A stretch of DNA of 29,845 nucleotides from IMG/VR virus record IMGVR_UViG_3300032237_001138, positions 1-29,845 of that record; one strand, given 5' to 3'. The notes below the pieces were generated by a model. The model ran no database searches, was not told the DNA's origin, and was given only the letters and a program-made list of their open reading frames with translations. The DNA comes from a virus. Its lineage: Duplodnaviria; Caudoviricetes. This document shows, piece by piece, positions 1 through 8,878 of the stretch. The position numbers were made by a program, and so were the translations under genes. Within the stretch, counting starts at the first letter, position 1; the number at the start of each line of letters is the position of its first letter.

Positions 1-12
1 AAATATAAACGT

Positions 13-324
13 ATGTTAACAAAACAATTCAATGAATTAAACCGCCAAGCGGATGTAGTAACAACCAGAGTGAACGTAGCCGATCTAAAGCCCGGGTACA
101 GCGTATTCGGTAATAAGGGTAATGTATGGGAAGATACAGCCCACATTTACAAGTCCGGTGAGGGTACACTGTGTGGGACACCAGCATTAAGTAATAACTG
201 GGCACGTATTGAGAGGGTGAAGACGATTGGATGTCCAAGATGTCTAGCTAAGTATAATAATCAACCCAATAATGATGATTATATCAGGCAATTAGCTCAA
301 AATATGGTTGATATGGGTAAGTAA
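13..324 (+). CDS. Hypothetical protein, possible zinc-binding C-terminus
   Basis: 103-aa ORF with H..LCG..CPRC pattern; A-rich upstream context. Confidence 0.65.
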   Translation: MLTKQFNELNRQADVVTTRVNVADLKPGYSVFGNKGNVWEDTAHIYKSGEGTLCGTPALSNNWARIERVKTIGCPRCLAKYNNQPNNDDYIRQLAQNMVDMGK

Positions 325-669
325 ACGGGTGATCCGGCTTATAATATCATGTATACAGGAGGCGGTTGTAAGATCGCCTTCTGGCGTCTGTAAAAAAGAG
401 GATGCGTGAGGGTGGATCCTCTGGGATCTTTGAAAGGTTACGGTCGATATCGGATCGATAGCGGTTCGTGCGCGGATCGACTGCGGACTGCTCCCACATT
501 AATTGCGGTCCATCGATGGCGCGATATCGGCACAAAAAAAGCTGTATGTATTCTCAATTCGCAAACACCTCTACACCATCGACAGTATATACACATATAC
601 TCCAATTTCCGAAATAACCCCTTTTGGACCACTTTATAAAATCCCAAAATCTCCTCTTAAACGATCTTT

Positions 670-701
670 TTTGTATAGGCAAAGTATATACGCTATATTT
701 A
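670..701 (+). promoter_or_regulatory. Bacteroidota-type host sigma promoter
   Basis: TTTG (670-673), 20-nt spacer, TATATTTA (694-701), upstream of ATG 721. Confidence 0.5.
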
Positions 702-720
702 CAACATAAAACTAAAATAT

Positions 721-927
721 ATGAAACGACACAAACAATACTACTTTGAACCAATAGAAGATCACCCTAATTTACATCACATTATTATGATTCGCCGTAA
801 TCCTAAAAAACAATCATTAATACGTAGGTGTATGTATTGGGCGTGGCAAGTACAATCCGATAAACAATATATTAAAAAATATTTTAAAAACGACGATTAT
901 GAAGCCCCTGGATTTATTATTGACTAA
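721..927 (+). CDS. Hypothetical protein
   Basis: 68-aa ORF after putative promoter with A-rich leader; overlaps next ORF. Confidence 0.5.
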   Translation: MKRHKQYYFEPIEDHPNLHHIIMIRRNPKKQSLIRRCMYWAWQVQSDKQYIKKYFKNDDYEAPGFIID

Positions 928-1102
928 AGAAGCGTTTGACGCATACGCAACGCGTTTGCGTGAGGAAAAAGCACGCGAATATGGTATGACCCTAGAGCAA
1001 TGGAATGCCGCTATATTAGCTGGTGCGACAATTAACCCTATTACACCGCATAATAATAATACCCAGCCATCTTCCTCACTACATAATAATAATATATGTT
1101 AA
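899..1102 (+). CDS. Hypothetical protein
   Basis: 67-aa ORF overlapping both neighbours in a tight + strand operon. Confidence 0.5.
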   Translation: MKPLDLLLTKEAFDAYATRLREEKAREYGMTLEQWNAAILAGATINPITPHNNNTQPSSSLHNNNIC

Positions 1103-1581
1103 AATACGTTACACCCGAAGAATCACACTACTACATTAAACTTTCTCATAAACAATATCAAAAAGCAGAGGCGTTTACTCGCATACCTGATGAAGACGGA
1201 TGGGATAGCGTACATTATTTAGTCAGCGCTGTTTTAGACCCTTCAGGCGCTGTTAGGCCCCTAGAGTACGTGTACGTACTAGTAAATAAGAGTGTACCTA
1301 ATATGGTTAAGATTGGTATGACTACCTCAACACCTGATCAACGCGCACGACAAATATCCGCGGCTACTGGTGTAGCGACACCATGGATTCCTGTATATTC
1401 ATTTAAATGTTATCGCTCTGATTTATTGGAGGAGGAAATACATAGTCATTTTAATTATTGTCGTGTCAATACACATCGTGAAATGTTTGCTATTGATTCG
1501 CATACTGCGCAACGTGTTATTGAGGAGTTGGGATATAAGTATTCTACTGCGATGTGGGAGCATAATGGGCTGCATAAATAA
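1096..1581 (+). CDS. T5orf172/MUG113-type GIY-YIG domain protein
   Basis: YVYVLVN...VKIGMT...RARQI...LEEEIH..F...RV...REMF motif series. Confidence 0.8.
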   Translation: MLKYVTPEESHYYIKLSHKQYQKAEAFTRIPDEDGWDSVHYLVSAVLDPSGAVRPLEYVYVLVNKSVPNMVKIGMTTSTPDQRARQISAATGVATPWIPVYSFKCYRSDLLEEEIHSHFNYCRVNTHREMFAIDSHTAQRVIEELGYKYSTAMWEHNGLHK

Positions 1582-1583
1582 TA

Positions 1584-1591
1584 ATATTTAT
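1584..1591 (+). promoter_or_regulatory. Putative phage late promoter ATATTTAT
   Basis: Recurrent intergenic octamer, 4 nt before ATG 1596. Confidence 0.55.
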
Positions 1592-1595
1592 TGGT

Positions 1596-1835
1596 ATGAA
1601 AATATATAAAATTAAGTTAGAAGATAAAGCTGCACTTATTAATGCATTAAAAGGTATTGATATAGGAATTGATAGTTTTAATATTACTGATGTAATACCT
1701 AAGGGATACTTTGAAATTACATTCAATGACCCTCAGGATGAAGAAACTGCTAAAGATATTTTACGTACTCATACTGGTATAGATCAACTAAAAGAAATGT
1801 TACGCCGCATTATACGCGAAGAACTTAGAAAATAA
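1596..1835 (+). CDS. Hypothetical protein
   Basis: 79-aa ORF ending LKEMLRRIIREELRK; preceded by ATATTTAT. Confidence 0.7.
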   Translation: MKIYKIKLEDKAALINALKGIDIGIDSFNITDVIPKGYFEITFNDPQDEETAKDILRTHTGIDQLKEMLRRIIREELRK

Positions 1836-1836
1836 A

Positions 1837-1879
1837 TTTGGAATTCAGACTTCTTTTACGTAGCTTCAAAATATATTTG
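1837..1879 (+). promoter_or_regulatory. Possible Bacteroidota-type promoter elements
   Basis: TTTG (1837-1840), 20-nt spacer, TAGCTT (1861); also a perfect TAnnTTTG (TATATTTG) at 1872-1879. Confidence 0.4.
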
Positions 1880-1895
1880 AGTTAAAAAGGTTGAA

Positions 1896-1926
1896 GGGAA
1901 AGGGAAATGGGAAAATGAAATAAGGG
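1896..1926 (+). repeat. Purine-rich GGGAA repeat tract with four G3 runs
   Basis: GGGAAAGGGAAATGGGAAAATGAAATAAGGG in an intergenic region. Confidence 0.6.
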
Positions 1927-1941
1927 AACGGAAATAAGCGT

Positions 1942-1949
1942 ATATTTAT
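1942..1949 (+). promoter_or_regulatory. Putative phage late promoter ATATTTAT
   Basis: Recurrent intergenic octamer upstream of ATG 1965. Confidence 0.5.
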
Positions 1950-1964
1950 ATATAAACATATATT

Positions 1965-2165
1965 ATGAGATACAAAGACAACGTATTAGACAAATTAAAT
2001 CAAATAGACGTTATTGCTAACCGCATTAATGTTCAAGTAAATAGAGGTGGAACTCAAGACCAAGTAATCGAATCAATTGAAATGTTAAAAGAAGCAATTG
2101 AAAATACTAGATCTATGGTTTCTATTGAAGCCGATGATTTTGATCAACAATTTAGACCACAATAA
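1965..2165 (+). CDS. Hypothetical helical protein
   Basis: 66-aa ORF with amphipathic helix pattern. Confidence 0.7.
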   Translation: MRYKDNVLDKLNQIDVIANRINVQVNRGGTQDQVIESIEMLKEAIENTRSMVSIEADDFDQQFRPQ

Positions 2166-2171
2166 TAGTTT

Positions 2172-2450
2172 ATGCAAATAGTTTTATGGGTTATATTAGT
2201 TCATGTAATTGAAGTAATCGGTATTGCCGGTTATTTAATAATTAGGAAAAATAATAAATTAGAAAAAATATTAATTGACCAACAACAATATATTGATGCT
2301 ATTAGTATCATTATTGAGGATTCGGCTAATACTATTCAAGAATTAGATAATCGTGGTGCGTTTGAAGCAGACGATGAAGTTGGTACTTTCTTTAGAAATT
2401 TAAAAGAAATACAAAACGTTTTAAATCAATTTAATACTCGTAAAAACTAA
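2172..2450 (+). CDS. Hypothetical membrane-anchored coiled-coil protein
   Basis: Hydrophobic N-terminus (IVLWVILVHVIEVIGIAGYLII) followed by RK and a helical soluble part. Confidence 0.7.
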   Translation: MQIVLWVILVHVIEVIGIAGYLIIRKNNKLEKILIDQQQYIDAISIIIEDSANTIQELDNRGAFEADDEVGTFFRNLKEIQNVLNQFNTRKN

Positions 2451-2482
2451 TTTGGTTCCGATATTTTTTGTTCATACATTAT
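2451..2482 (+). promoter_or_regulatory. Bacteroidota-type host sigma promoter for the sigma factor gene
   Basis: TTTG (2451-2454), 20-nt spacer, TACATTAT (2475-2482). Confidence 0.45.
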
Positions 2483-2503
2483 AGGTTATAAACAAGAATT
2501 ATT

Positions 2504-3286
2504 ATGTCAACTTACTACGAAAACGACGATCTAGATATATTTTTAGATAGTGAAAAAACAATTGCGTTAAATAAACGCGGACAACCTCGCAAACGTAAAC
2601 CTAAAGAACCTCGCGTATATTTTACTACTGATACTGAAGAAGCAATTATTGAATATTTAGCTTCAGATAATCAATCATTTAGGGATAAAATTTATAGGGA
2701 TCGTATTGAATATGCCTTTTATAAATTGGCTGAAAATATTATTCATACATTTAAGTTTTATTATACTGATTCAGATACAATTGAGGAACTAAAGCATGAG
2801 GTTGTAACATTTCTACTAGAAAAACTCCACTTATATAACCAGGAAAAAGGTAAAGCATTTAGTTATTTCGGTACAATAGCTAAACGCTATCTTATTGTTT
2901 ATAATAATAATAATTATAAGAAATTACAAGAGCGTGCAGATATAGAGGAATTAGATGAAGATAAAAATTTTATGGAGGAAACACTTCGTGAAACTAAAGA
3001 TCAATCTTCCCCTGATACCTTTATTGATCAATATATCAGATATATAGATAGGTATATTCATCAATTATTCCCTAAATCTCAGGATGCTCGTACAGCAGAT
3101 GCTATTCTTGAATTATTTCGTAAACGTGAAACATTAGAAATATTCAATAAAAAAGCATTATACATTTATATTCGTGAAATTACGGATACATCAACCCCTC
3201 ACATCACTAAAGTAACTAAAAAACTAGACACATTACGTACCAGACTATATAATGAGTATTATAAGCACGGGTATATAAAAATCTAA
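2504..3286 (+). CDS. Phage late-transcription sigma factor (T4 gp55-like, sigma70 region 2)
   Basis: YKLAENII..F..Y...ELKHEVVTFLLEKLHLYNQEKGKAFSYFGTIAKRYLI matches the region-2 pattern of gp55-like factors; sits just before the structural module. Confidence 0.75.
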   Translation: MSTYYENDDLDIFLDSEKTIALNKRGQPRKRKPKEPRVYFTTDTEEAIIEYLASDNQSFRDKIYRDRIEYAFYKLAENIIHTFKFYYTDSDTIEELKHEVVTFLLEKLHLYNQEKGKAFSYFGTIAKRYLIVYNNNNYKKLQERADIEELDEDKNFMEETLRETKDQSSPDTFIDQYIRYIDRYIHQLFPKSQDARTADAILELFRKRETLEIFNKKALYIYIREITDTSTPHITKVTKKLDTLRTRLYNEYYKHGYIKI

Positions 3287-3293
3287 GTATATT

Positions 3294-3301
3294 ATATTTA
3301 T
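3294..3301 (+). promoter_or_regulatory. Putative phage late promoter ATATTTAT
   Basis: Recurrent intergenic octamer upstream of ATG 3317. Confidence 0.55.
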
Positions 3302-3316
3302 TGATAAACACAAGCT

Positions 3317-3712
3317 ATGGCTAATTTTGATGATGTTACCCTATTTGGTAACACGTCACTATCCGATATATTTAAACAAATTCATAGAAATAATAAGGAT
3401 ACTGACAAACAAATTAATGAATTAATTGATGCTCTTAAACCACTTGCATCATCTAATGCTGGATCTGCAGTAATGCTTATGCCTACTGTTAAAGATTTAA
3501 TTGATGTTAATGTAAAAAATAATGAACAATTAATTAAAATGGCTGGTATTGCGCAACGTGCATCAACAGCTAGTTCAAATAATAATCAAGACTTGCTATT
3601 TGACCCATCAGAAATACAACATTTATTAGAGGAACAACGTGCTGTACAGATTGAAGGACAAAAATTATTAGATCAAACAGAAACTATCCAACACCAAATA
3701 GAAAATAAATGA
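3317..3712 (+). CDS. Helical-hairpin protein, possibly terminase small subunit (gp16-like)
   Basis: 131 aa, two long helices joined by a short turn; ORF is solid, function is a guess from size and architecture. Confidence 0.35.
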   Translation: MANFDDVTLFGNTSLSDIFKQIHRNNKDTDKQINELIDALKPLASSNAGSAVMLMPTVKDLIDVNVKNNEQLIKMAGIAQRASTASSNNNQDLLFDPSEIQHLLEEQRAVQIEGQKLLDQTETIQHQIENK

Positions 3713-4929
3713 GTTTTAAAATAAAAGAAAATCTAAGTGGTATTATAAGAGCAACAACTAACAAAAACCCTAATCTAGCTACTCAGCCAAAAGCTCAAAT
3801 AGGACAGGTTTATGGTGTTGTTTTAGATGATATTACTCCTAATAATGCTTTATTTTTAAAAGCAGGGGGATATAATGGGATAGGATCTATCTTTTATCAA
3901 GATTATAATGGTAGTTCAAATAATACAGATGGGGGTATTGTTGATTTGAATACATGTAAAATAGCAAAACCATTCCATGCTAATATGCAAAATTTTCCTT
4001 TAATAGGAGAATTAGTTGAATTAATTGATGGTCCTTCTCCATCAAGTCAAATTTCAACAACTTCCACTCAAAAATATTATACCGGTATTTTAAATATATG
4101 GAATAATGTTCAACATAATTCACCAAATGGGGTAAGTAATAATAAAACATTTATTGAAAGATCTGATATTAGGAATTTAGCCCCATTTGCCGGAGATATA
4201 ATATATCAGGGAAGAAAGGGAGCTGGATTAAGATTTGGTAGTACTGTAAAAATTAAATCTGATAGAAATGAATGGAGTAGTGTAGGTGAAGATGGTGATC
4301 CTATTACCATATTAGTAAATGGTTATGTAACTACAGATACAGGCTCATTAGTTTTTAATGTTGAAGAAATAAATAAAGAACAATCCTCTATCTATATGAC
4401 TACTACTCAGGCTATACCTTTAATGCCAGGTACTAGTATTAGAAATAAAAGATCATTTAGATTAGATCCTAAAGATTATAATTCATCCCAGGTAATATTA
4501 AACAGTGATAGGATTACTCTTAATTCTAAAAAAGATGAAATTTTATTATTTTCTAATTCTCTTATTGAATTAAATACAGATAGTAACATTAATATAAATG
4601 CAGGAAAAATAATTCATCTACATATTGATCCAACACCTCCTACATCATTACTTAAAAAAGAACCTAAAATATTTTTAGGTACAAAAGAAGATGGCTCATA
4701 CCCATCAGAACCATTATTATTAGGAAAAGCAACACATGATGTATTACTACACCTCTGCGCTTCCTTAGCTAATTTAGCTTATTATCTATCAACAGCATCT
4801 GTTGCTACATCTGATGGAAATATATCTGTTGTTGAGTGTAATGTAGCTGGTGAGCAATTAAGGGATGATATGGAATGTATCATTGATGAATTAGATTCAA
4901 TTCTTTCACAAAAAGTATATACAATATAA
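3709..4929 (+). CDS. Baseplate hub/spike protein (gp5-like, no lysozyme domain seen)
   Basis: N-terminal OB-fold-like IGQVYGVV...FPLIGELV; GDIIYQGRKGAGLRFGS; beta-repeat QVILNSDRITLNSK..ILLFS..IELNT..ININA; position in baseplate module. Confidence 0.6.
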   Translation: MSFKIKENLSGIIRATTNKNPNLATQPKAQIGQVYGVVLDDITPNNALFLKAGGYNGIGSIFYQDYNGSSNNTDGGIVDLNTCKIAKPFHANMQNFPLIGELVELIDGPSPSSQISTTSTQKYYTGILNIWNNVQHNSPNGVSNNKTFIERSDIRNLAPFAGDIIYQGRKGAGLRFGSTVKIKSDRNEWSSVGEDGDPITILVNGYVTTDTGSLVFNVEEINKEQSSIYMTTTQAIPLMPGTSIRNKRSFRLDPKDYNSSQVILNSDRITLNSKKDEILLFSNSLIELNTDSNININAGKIIHLHIDPTPPTSLLKKEPKIFLGTKEDGSYPSEPLLLGKATHDVLLHLCASLANLAYYLSTASVATSDGNISVVECNVAGEQLRDDMECIIDELDSILSQKVYTI

Positions 4930-7900
4930 TGGCTACTATTTATAAATATAAAACAACTACTACAGTAGACGTTTATCGTGATATTAATAGTTTTGATCGA
5001 AACGAAAACCCAATTTCTACAATTCCAAGTGACAAATTTGTTTATGGGAAATATGAAAACTCTGCACAAACTTTTAGACAATTTTATAATGATCCAGGGG
5101 GGATTCAATCTATAGGATGGGCTAAAACCAATTTCTTTATTAAAGATATATCATACTCCCCAGCAACAACATCATCTTCTACTACTACTAATACAACCCC
5201 TAAAACTAATACAAATACTTCACCTACAAAAACTAAACCTAAGACAAATAATACAACAGTAGTAAATGGTACGGTTTTACCTAATTCTAATATATATTCT
5301 CAATATATTGTTAAGGTATCTGGTGGTTTAAATATAAGACAAACAACAAATGCTAATTCTACTGCTTTAGGATCTTTACCTAATGGAACTAGAATATATG
5401 CAAAATCAGCAATAGCAACAGGATGGAGTGAATATTCAAAAGATGGAAAATTTCCTACAGGATATGTATCTTCAAAATATTTAGAAAAAGTAACTGAAGC
5501 TAGTCCCCCATTTGCTCCAGTAACACCCATTACATCTCCAACTTTCTCAACTTCATCTTTAGCTTCATTAGTAAATCTTACCCCAAAACCTACTGTTTAC
5601 CAAGCTAATAGGGCTGATACTCTTCAAAATCTTGAAAATAATAATATACTCCAGCAAGATCTAAAAAATGTTGCTGCTTTATTAGATCCATTGAAAACCG
5701 CGGCCTTAAATGGAACTCTTAATAAAGATACTTTAAAAGCTTTTGGTAATCAATTATGGGAAACTGAAAAACAAAAACTAATTAAAGCAGGTACCGATAA
5801 TGAATTAATTACTCTATATAAAACAAAGTATGATTTAATAAAAAAAGAATTACAATTAGAAGCAGAACATGCACTTGCTATTATTAAATTAAAATATTTA
5901 CGTACTCCCAAAGCCGTTCTAACAAATGCTGCTACTGGTAGTGAAAGAACAGCAAATGCTGGAGATATAATTAGAGGTGAAGGTAATTTAGGAGAAACAG
6001 GATCATTTGGTCCTACTTTATCACAACAACTTAATAATCAACAAGTAGTAACAGATTCGGGTACTGTAGACGAAGCAACACTTAGACTTAATGAAGCAAT
6101 AGCTGGATCTAGATTTATTCCCGCTTCGTTAAAATTTGAAATACCAACTTCAATTGGAGATCTTTATCCATTAGATCAAAAAGTTATTGATGATTATTTA
6201 GCTGCTCCAACAGAATCAAGAACAGAACTTACCGTAGCTAATTTATATTATTATATTCAAAATAGTAGTGAGGTACAAAAAAGAAATGAACAATACACTC
6301 AAAAGATTGCTGAGCTTCAACGAAGTCAAATCCAACCTCAAATTAACCAAAATGGAGGATTTACCAATACTAACCCATTTACCCCAAATGGAGGACTACC
6401 AGCCTCATTTGCTGGAAACGGAGTAACTACTGTTAACGGATTTAATACTACTTCAAAAAAATCTCCACTTACATCTCTTACTTCATATACACCCTCACCT
6501 CAATTACAAACCTCAACAAATAATATAATTAATGCTAATATTTCATTTTTACAATCATCAGTTGCTAGTAATAATAATTCACTTAATAAATATAATGGTA
6601 TAACAGATAAAAGGACTAATTCAGATGCTGCTATAAGATGGTTAAAATTATGGTTAGCAGAAGATACTAGTTATAAGAAAAATAAATCCCTCATTGATAA
6701 AGCTCAAGAAGAAAATAATAAAGCTATTAATGAGATTTTAAAAGATCCTTTTAAAAAAATAAAAGAAGAATATAAAAAAAGGAAAGAAGCTAGAGATGCA
6801 CTTAAAAGAAGAACCAAAGCAGAAAAAAGAGCTTGTAGAAAAAGAAGAGCAAAAAAATTAGCTAAGGCAACACTAAAAACAATAACTCCTATTCTAATTA
6901 ATTATTTATCAAATAAATTAATAGATGTAGTAGCCCAAAATAATAAGATTAGAGCTTTAGTAGAAAGAACAAATAATTATATTTTACTATATGAAGGAGA
7001 AGACCCAGTTTTTGTTTATACTAGCCCAAGTTCATTATATACACTAAAAACAACATCTCAAGGCGTTACAGCAGGAATATCTCCAATTACTTTAAGCTTT
7101 GCTAAAAAAGTTAGAGATAATGCTATAAAAATAATAAATAATAATAGAAAACTTCTTAATGATATAAATAAAGGTATAGAAAATGCTCAAAAATATATAT
7201 CAATATTTGATGTTGTAGTTACAATTATTTCTAGTATTCCCATTCCAACTTCTGTACCTCCAGGAATAGGGGTACCTGTAAATTTAATTATGAAATTTGT
7301 TAAAATATTAGATAAAGCAAATAGAATAATTTTAGCAATATCTAATTATTTACCACAAGTTACATCAATTCTAGAACCAGCAATTGAAAAATTAAATGAA
7401 TATGAAAGTCAAATTAAAGCTATAAATGAAACATTAGATAATGCGGCTGCAAGTGGAGTAAATGACACACCAGCTATGGTAGGTTCAGGACAAAACTCTG
7501 CTGGAACTACTGATCCATCTGTTAATGGTGTAGAATATCAAGGATTTAGATTTGCTATTAGAGAAGAAGATACTACATACGGTTCTAAAGCTCTTAAACG
7601 CCACTATGCAGTAGCTATTGATGCTAATGATACAGAAGTATTACAAAGTGAAAGATCATTTACATTAGACCCAGAGGATCTAGTAGAACAATTAAAAGTA
7701 GTAATAGATAGAAGAAAATTATCTGCTGGAGTAAGAGTAAGTGCTGATGGACAAACACAAAGTAGTGGTTCTTTCCAAGTAGCTGGGGCTCCTGATGCTG
7801 AAATAATTAATAATTTATCTGATCCTTATCGAAATATTGGATCAGCAACCCAGATACAACAACAGATCCAAGCGCAACAACAACAACAACAATTATCACA

Positions 7901-8057
7901 ACAACAATTTAATCAACAACAACAAGAAGCACAACAACAGCGTCCTCCATTAACACAAGCTCAAAGAAGATATTATCAAGATATAGTTATGAATAGGGAC
8001 TCCCCAATAGGACTAAGACAATCAGCTGAACTTATTTTAAGGAGAAACTATGTATAA
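4929..8057 (+). CDS. Large virion-associated protein with bacterial SH3 (SH3b) domain(s)
   Basis: GGLNIRQTTNANSTALGSLPNGTRI..GW...GYVSSKYL (about 5304-5486); Thr/Pro linkers, basic coiled coil, hydrophobic hairpin, poly-Q tail. Confidence 0.65.
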   Translation: MATIYKYKTTTTVDVYRDINSFDRNENPISTIPSDKFVYGKYENSAQTFRQFYNDPGGIQSIGWAKTNFFIKDISYSPATTSSSTTTNTTPKTNTNTSPTKTKPKTNNTTVVNGTVLPNSNIYSQYIVKVSGGLNIRQTTNANSTALGSLPNGTRIYAKSAIATGWSEYSKDGKFPTGYVSSKYLEKVTEASPPFAPVTPITSPTFSTSSLASLVNLTPKPTVYQANRADTLQNLENNNILQQDLKNVAALLDPLKTAALNGTLNKDTLKAFGNQLWETEKQKLIKAGTDNELITLYKTKYDLIKKELQLEAEHALAIIKLKYLRTPKAVLTNAATGSERTANAGDIIRGEGNLGETGSFGPTLSQQLNNQQVVTDSGTVDEATLRLNEAIAGSRFIPASLKFEIPTSIGDLYPLDQKVIDDYLAAPTESRTELTVANLYYYIQNSSEVQKRNEQYTQKIAELQRSQIQPQINQNGGFTNTNPFTPNGGLPASFAGNGVTTVNGFNTTSKKSPLTSLTSYTPSPQLQTSTNNIINANISFLQSSVASNNNSLNKYNGITDKRTNSDAAIRWLKLWLAEDTSYKKNKSLIDKAQEENNKAINEILKDPFKKIKEEYKKRKEARDALKRRTKAEKRACRKRRAKKLAKATLKTITPILINYLSNKLIDVVAQNNKIRALVERTNNYILLYEGEDPVFVYTSPSSLYTLKTTSQGVTAGISPITLSFAKKVRDNAIKIINNNRKLLNDINKGIENAQKYISIFDVVVTIISSIPIPTSVPPGIGVPVNLIMKFVKILDKANRIILAISNYLPQVTSILEPAIEKLNEYESQIKAINETLDNAAASGVNDTPAMVGSGQNSAGTTDPSVNGVEYQGFRFAIREEDTTYGSKALKRHYAVAIDANDTEVLQSERSFTLDPEDLVEQLKVVIDRRKLSAGVRVSADGQTQSSGSFQVAGAPDAEIINNLSDPYRNIGSATQIQQQIQAQQQQQQLSQQQFNQQQQEAQQQRPPLTQAQRRYYQDIVMNRDSPIGLRQSAELILRRNYV
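7851..7940 (+). repeat. CAA-rich poly-glutamine tract within CDS
   Basis: (CAA)6 at 7875-7892 and further CAA runs encoding QIQQQIQAQQQQQQLSQQQFNQQQQEAQQQ. Confidence 0.85.
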
Positions 8058-8096
8058 TTATATTAATAACTTTATTATAAAACTTTTAATTTATAA

Positions 8097-8104
8097 ATAT
8101 TTAT
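8097..8104 (+). promoter_or_regulatory. Putative phage late promoter ATATTTAT
   Basis: Recurrent octamer, 4 nt before ATG 8109. Confidence 0.55.
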
Positions 8105-8108
8105 ATCT

Positions 8109-8465
8109 ATGAACGTAAAATCATTCAAAAAATTAATTAAAGAAGCAGTAACTGAGGCTATCTATGAGGAATTACCTGATATACTAAATGAGGTATTAAA
8201 TCAGAATAAACAACCTCTTCGTGAAAATAAAACATTTAATTTTTCAAGTACAGATGCCGTTCCATTATCTGGGGATGTACGTAGCTCATTAATGGCTAAA
8301 ATGGGTGCTGAATTTGGTTTTCAACAACCTCAATCTACTTTAAAAGTAATTGATGCTGTAGATGAATCAACTGGTGAAAAAGTTAATCCATACTTAGCAT
8401 TCATAGCGGACGCCGCTAATAATATGACACCAATGGACAGATCAGGATTAAGACAATTAGATTAA
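8109..8465 (+). CDS. Hypothetical protein in baseplate module
   Basis: 118-aa ORF starting MNVKSFKKLIKEAVTEAIYEE; directly precedes gp25. Confidence 0.75.
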   Translation: MNVKSFKKLIKEAVTEAIYEELPDILNEVLNQNKQPLRENKTFNFSSTDAVPLSGDVRSSLMAKMGAEFGFQQPQSTLKVIDAVDESTGEKVNPYLAFIADAANNMTPMDRSGLRQLD

Positions 8466-8466
8466 T

Positions 8467-8877
8467 ATGCCAATACCTCAAACGATACGTGTTAATCCAT
8501 TAGATTTACAAGGTAATATTGCTATTGGAGTATCTTTACCTTTTAATGGGCCTGTAGCTTTTAATAGTACTTACAGTACAGCTGATCAAATTAAATCAAA
8601 TTTGATTAACCTATTACTTACTAGTAAAGGAGAAAGATTATATTTACCTGATTTTGGATGTGATTTAAAATCAGTATTATTTGAAGGAATTGATGATACT
8701 ACATTAAATACACTTAAAAATTATATTTATACAAATGTATCAACGTATATTCCTGAAATAACAATTGTTAAAATTGATACAGTAACAGAAGAGGATTATA
8801 ACAAAATTTCAATTACAGTACAATATCGTTTAAATTTATCTGGAAATACAGATGAAGTAACTATAGAATTTATATAA
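8467..8877 (+). CDS. gp25: Baseplate wedge subunit, gp25/GPW family
   Basis: QIKSNLINLLLTSKGERLYLPDFGCDL...LFE...YIPEI canonical motif. Confidence 0.92.
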   Translation: MPIPQTIRVNPLDLQGNIAIGVSLPFNGPVAFNSTYSTADQIKSNLINLLLTSKGERLYLPDFGCDLKSVLFEGIDDTTLNTLKNYIYTNVSTYIPEITIVKIDTVTEEDYNKISITVQYRLNLSGNTDEVTIEFI

Positions 8878-8878
8878 A

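Noticed and set aside
347-754. Overlapping short ORFs on both strands (347..535, 406..639, 438..647, 503..709, 554..754)
   Set aside because: Mutually overlapping, atypical composition, no good start context; likely a by-product of locally high GC.
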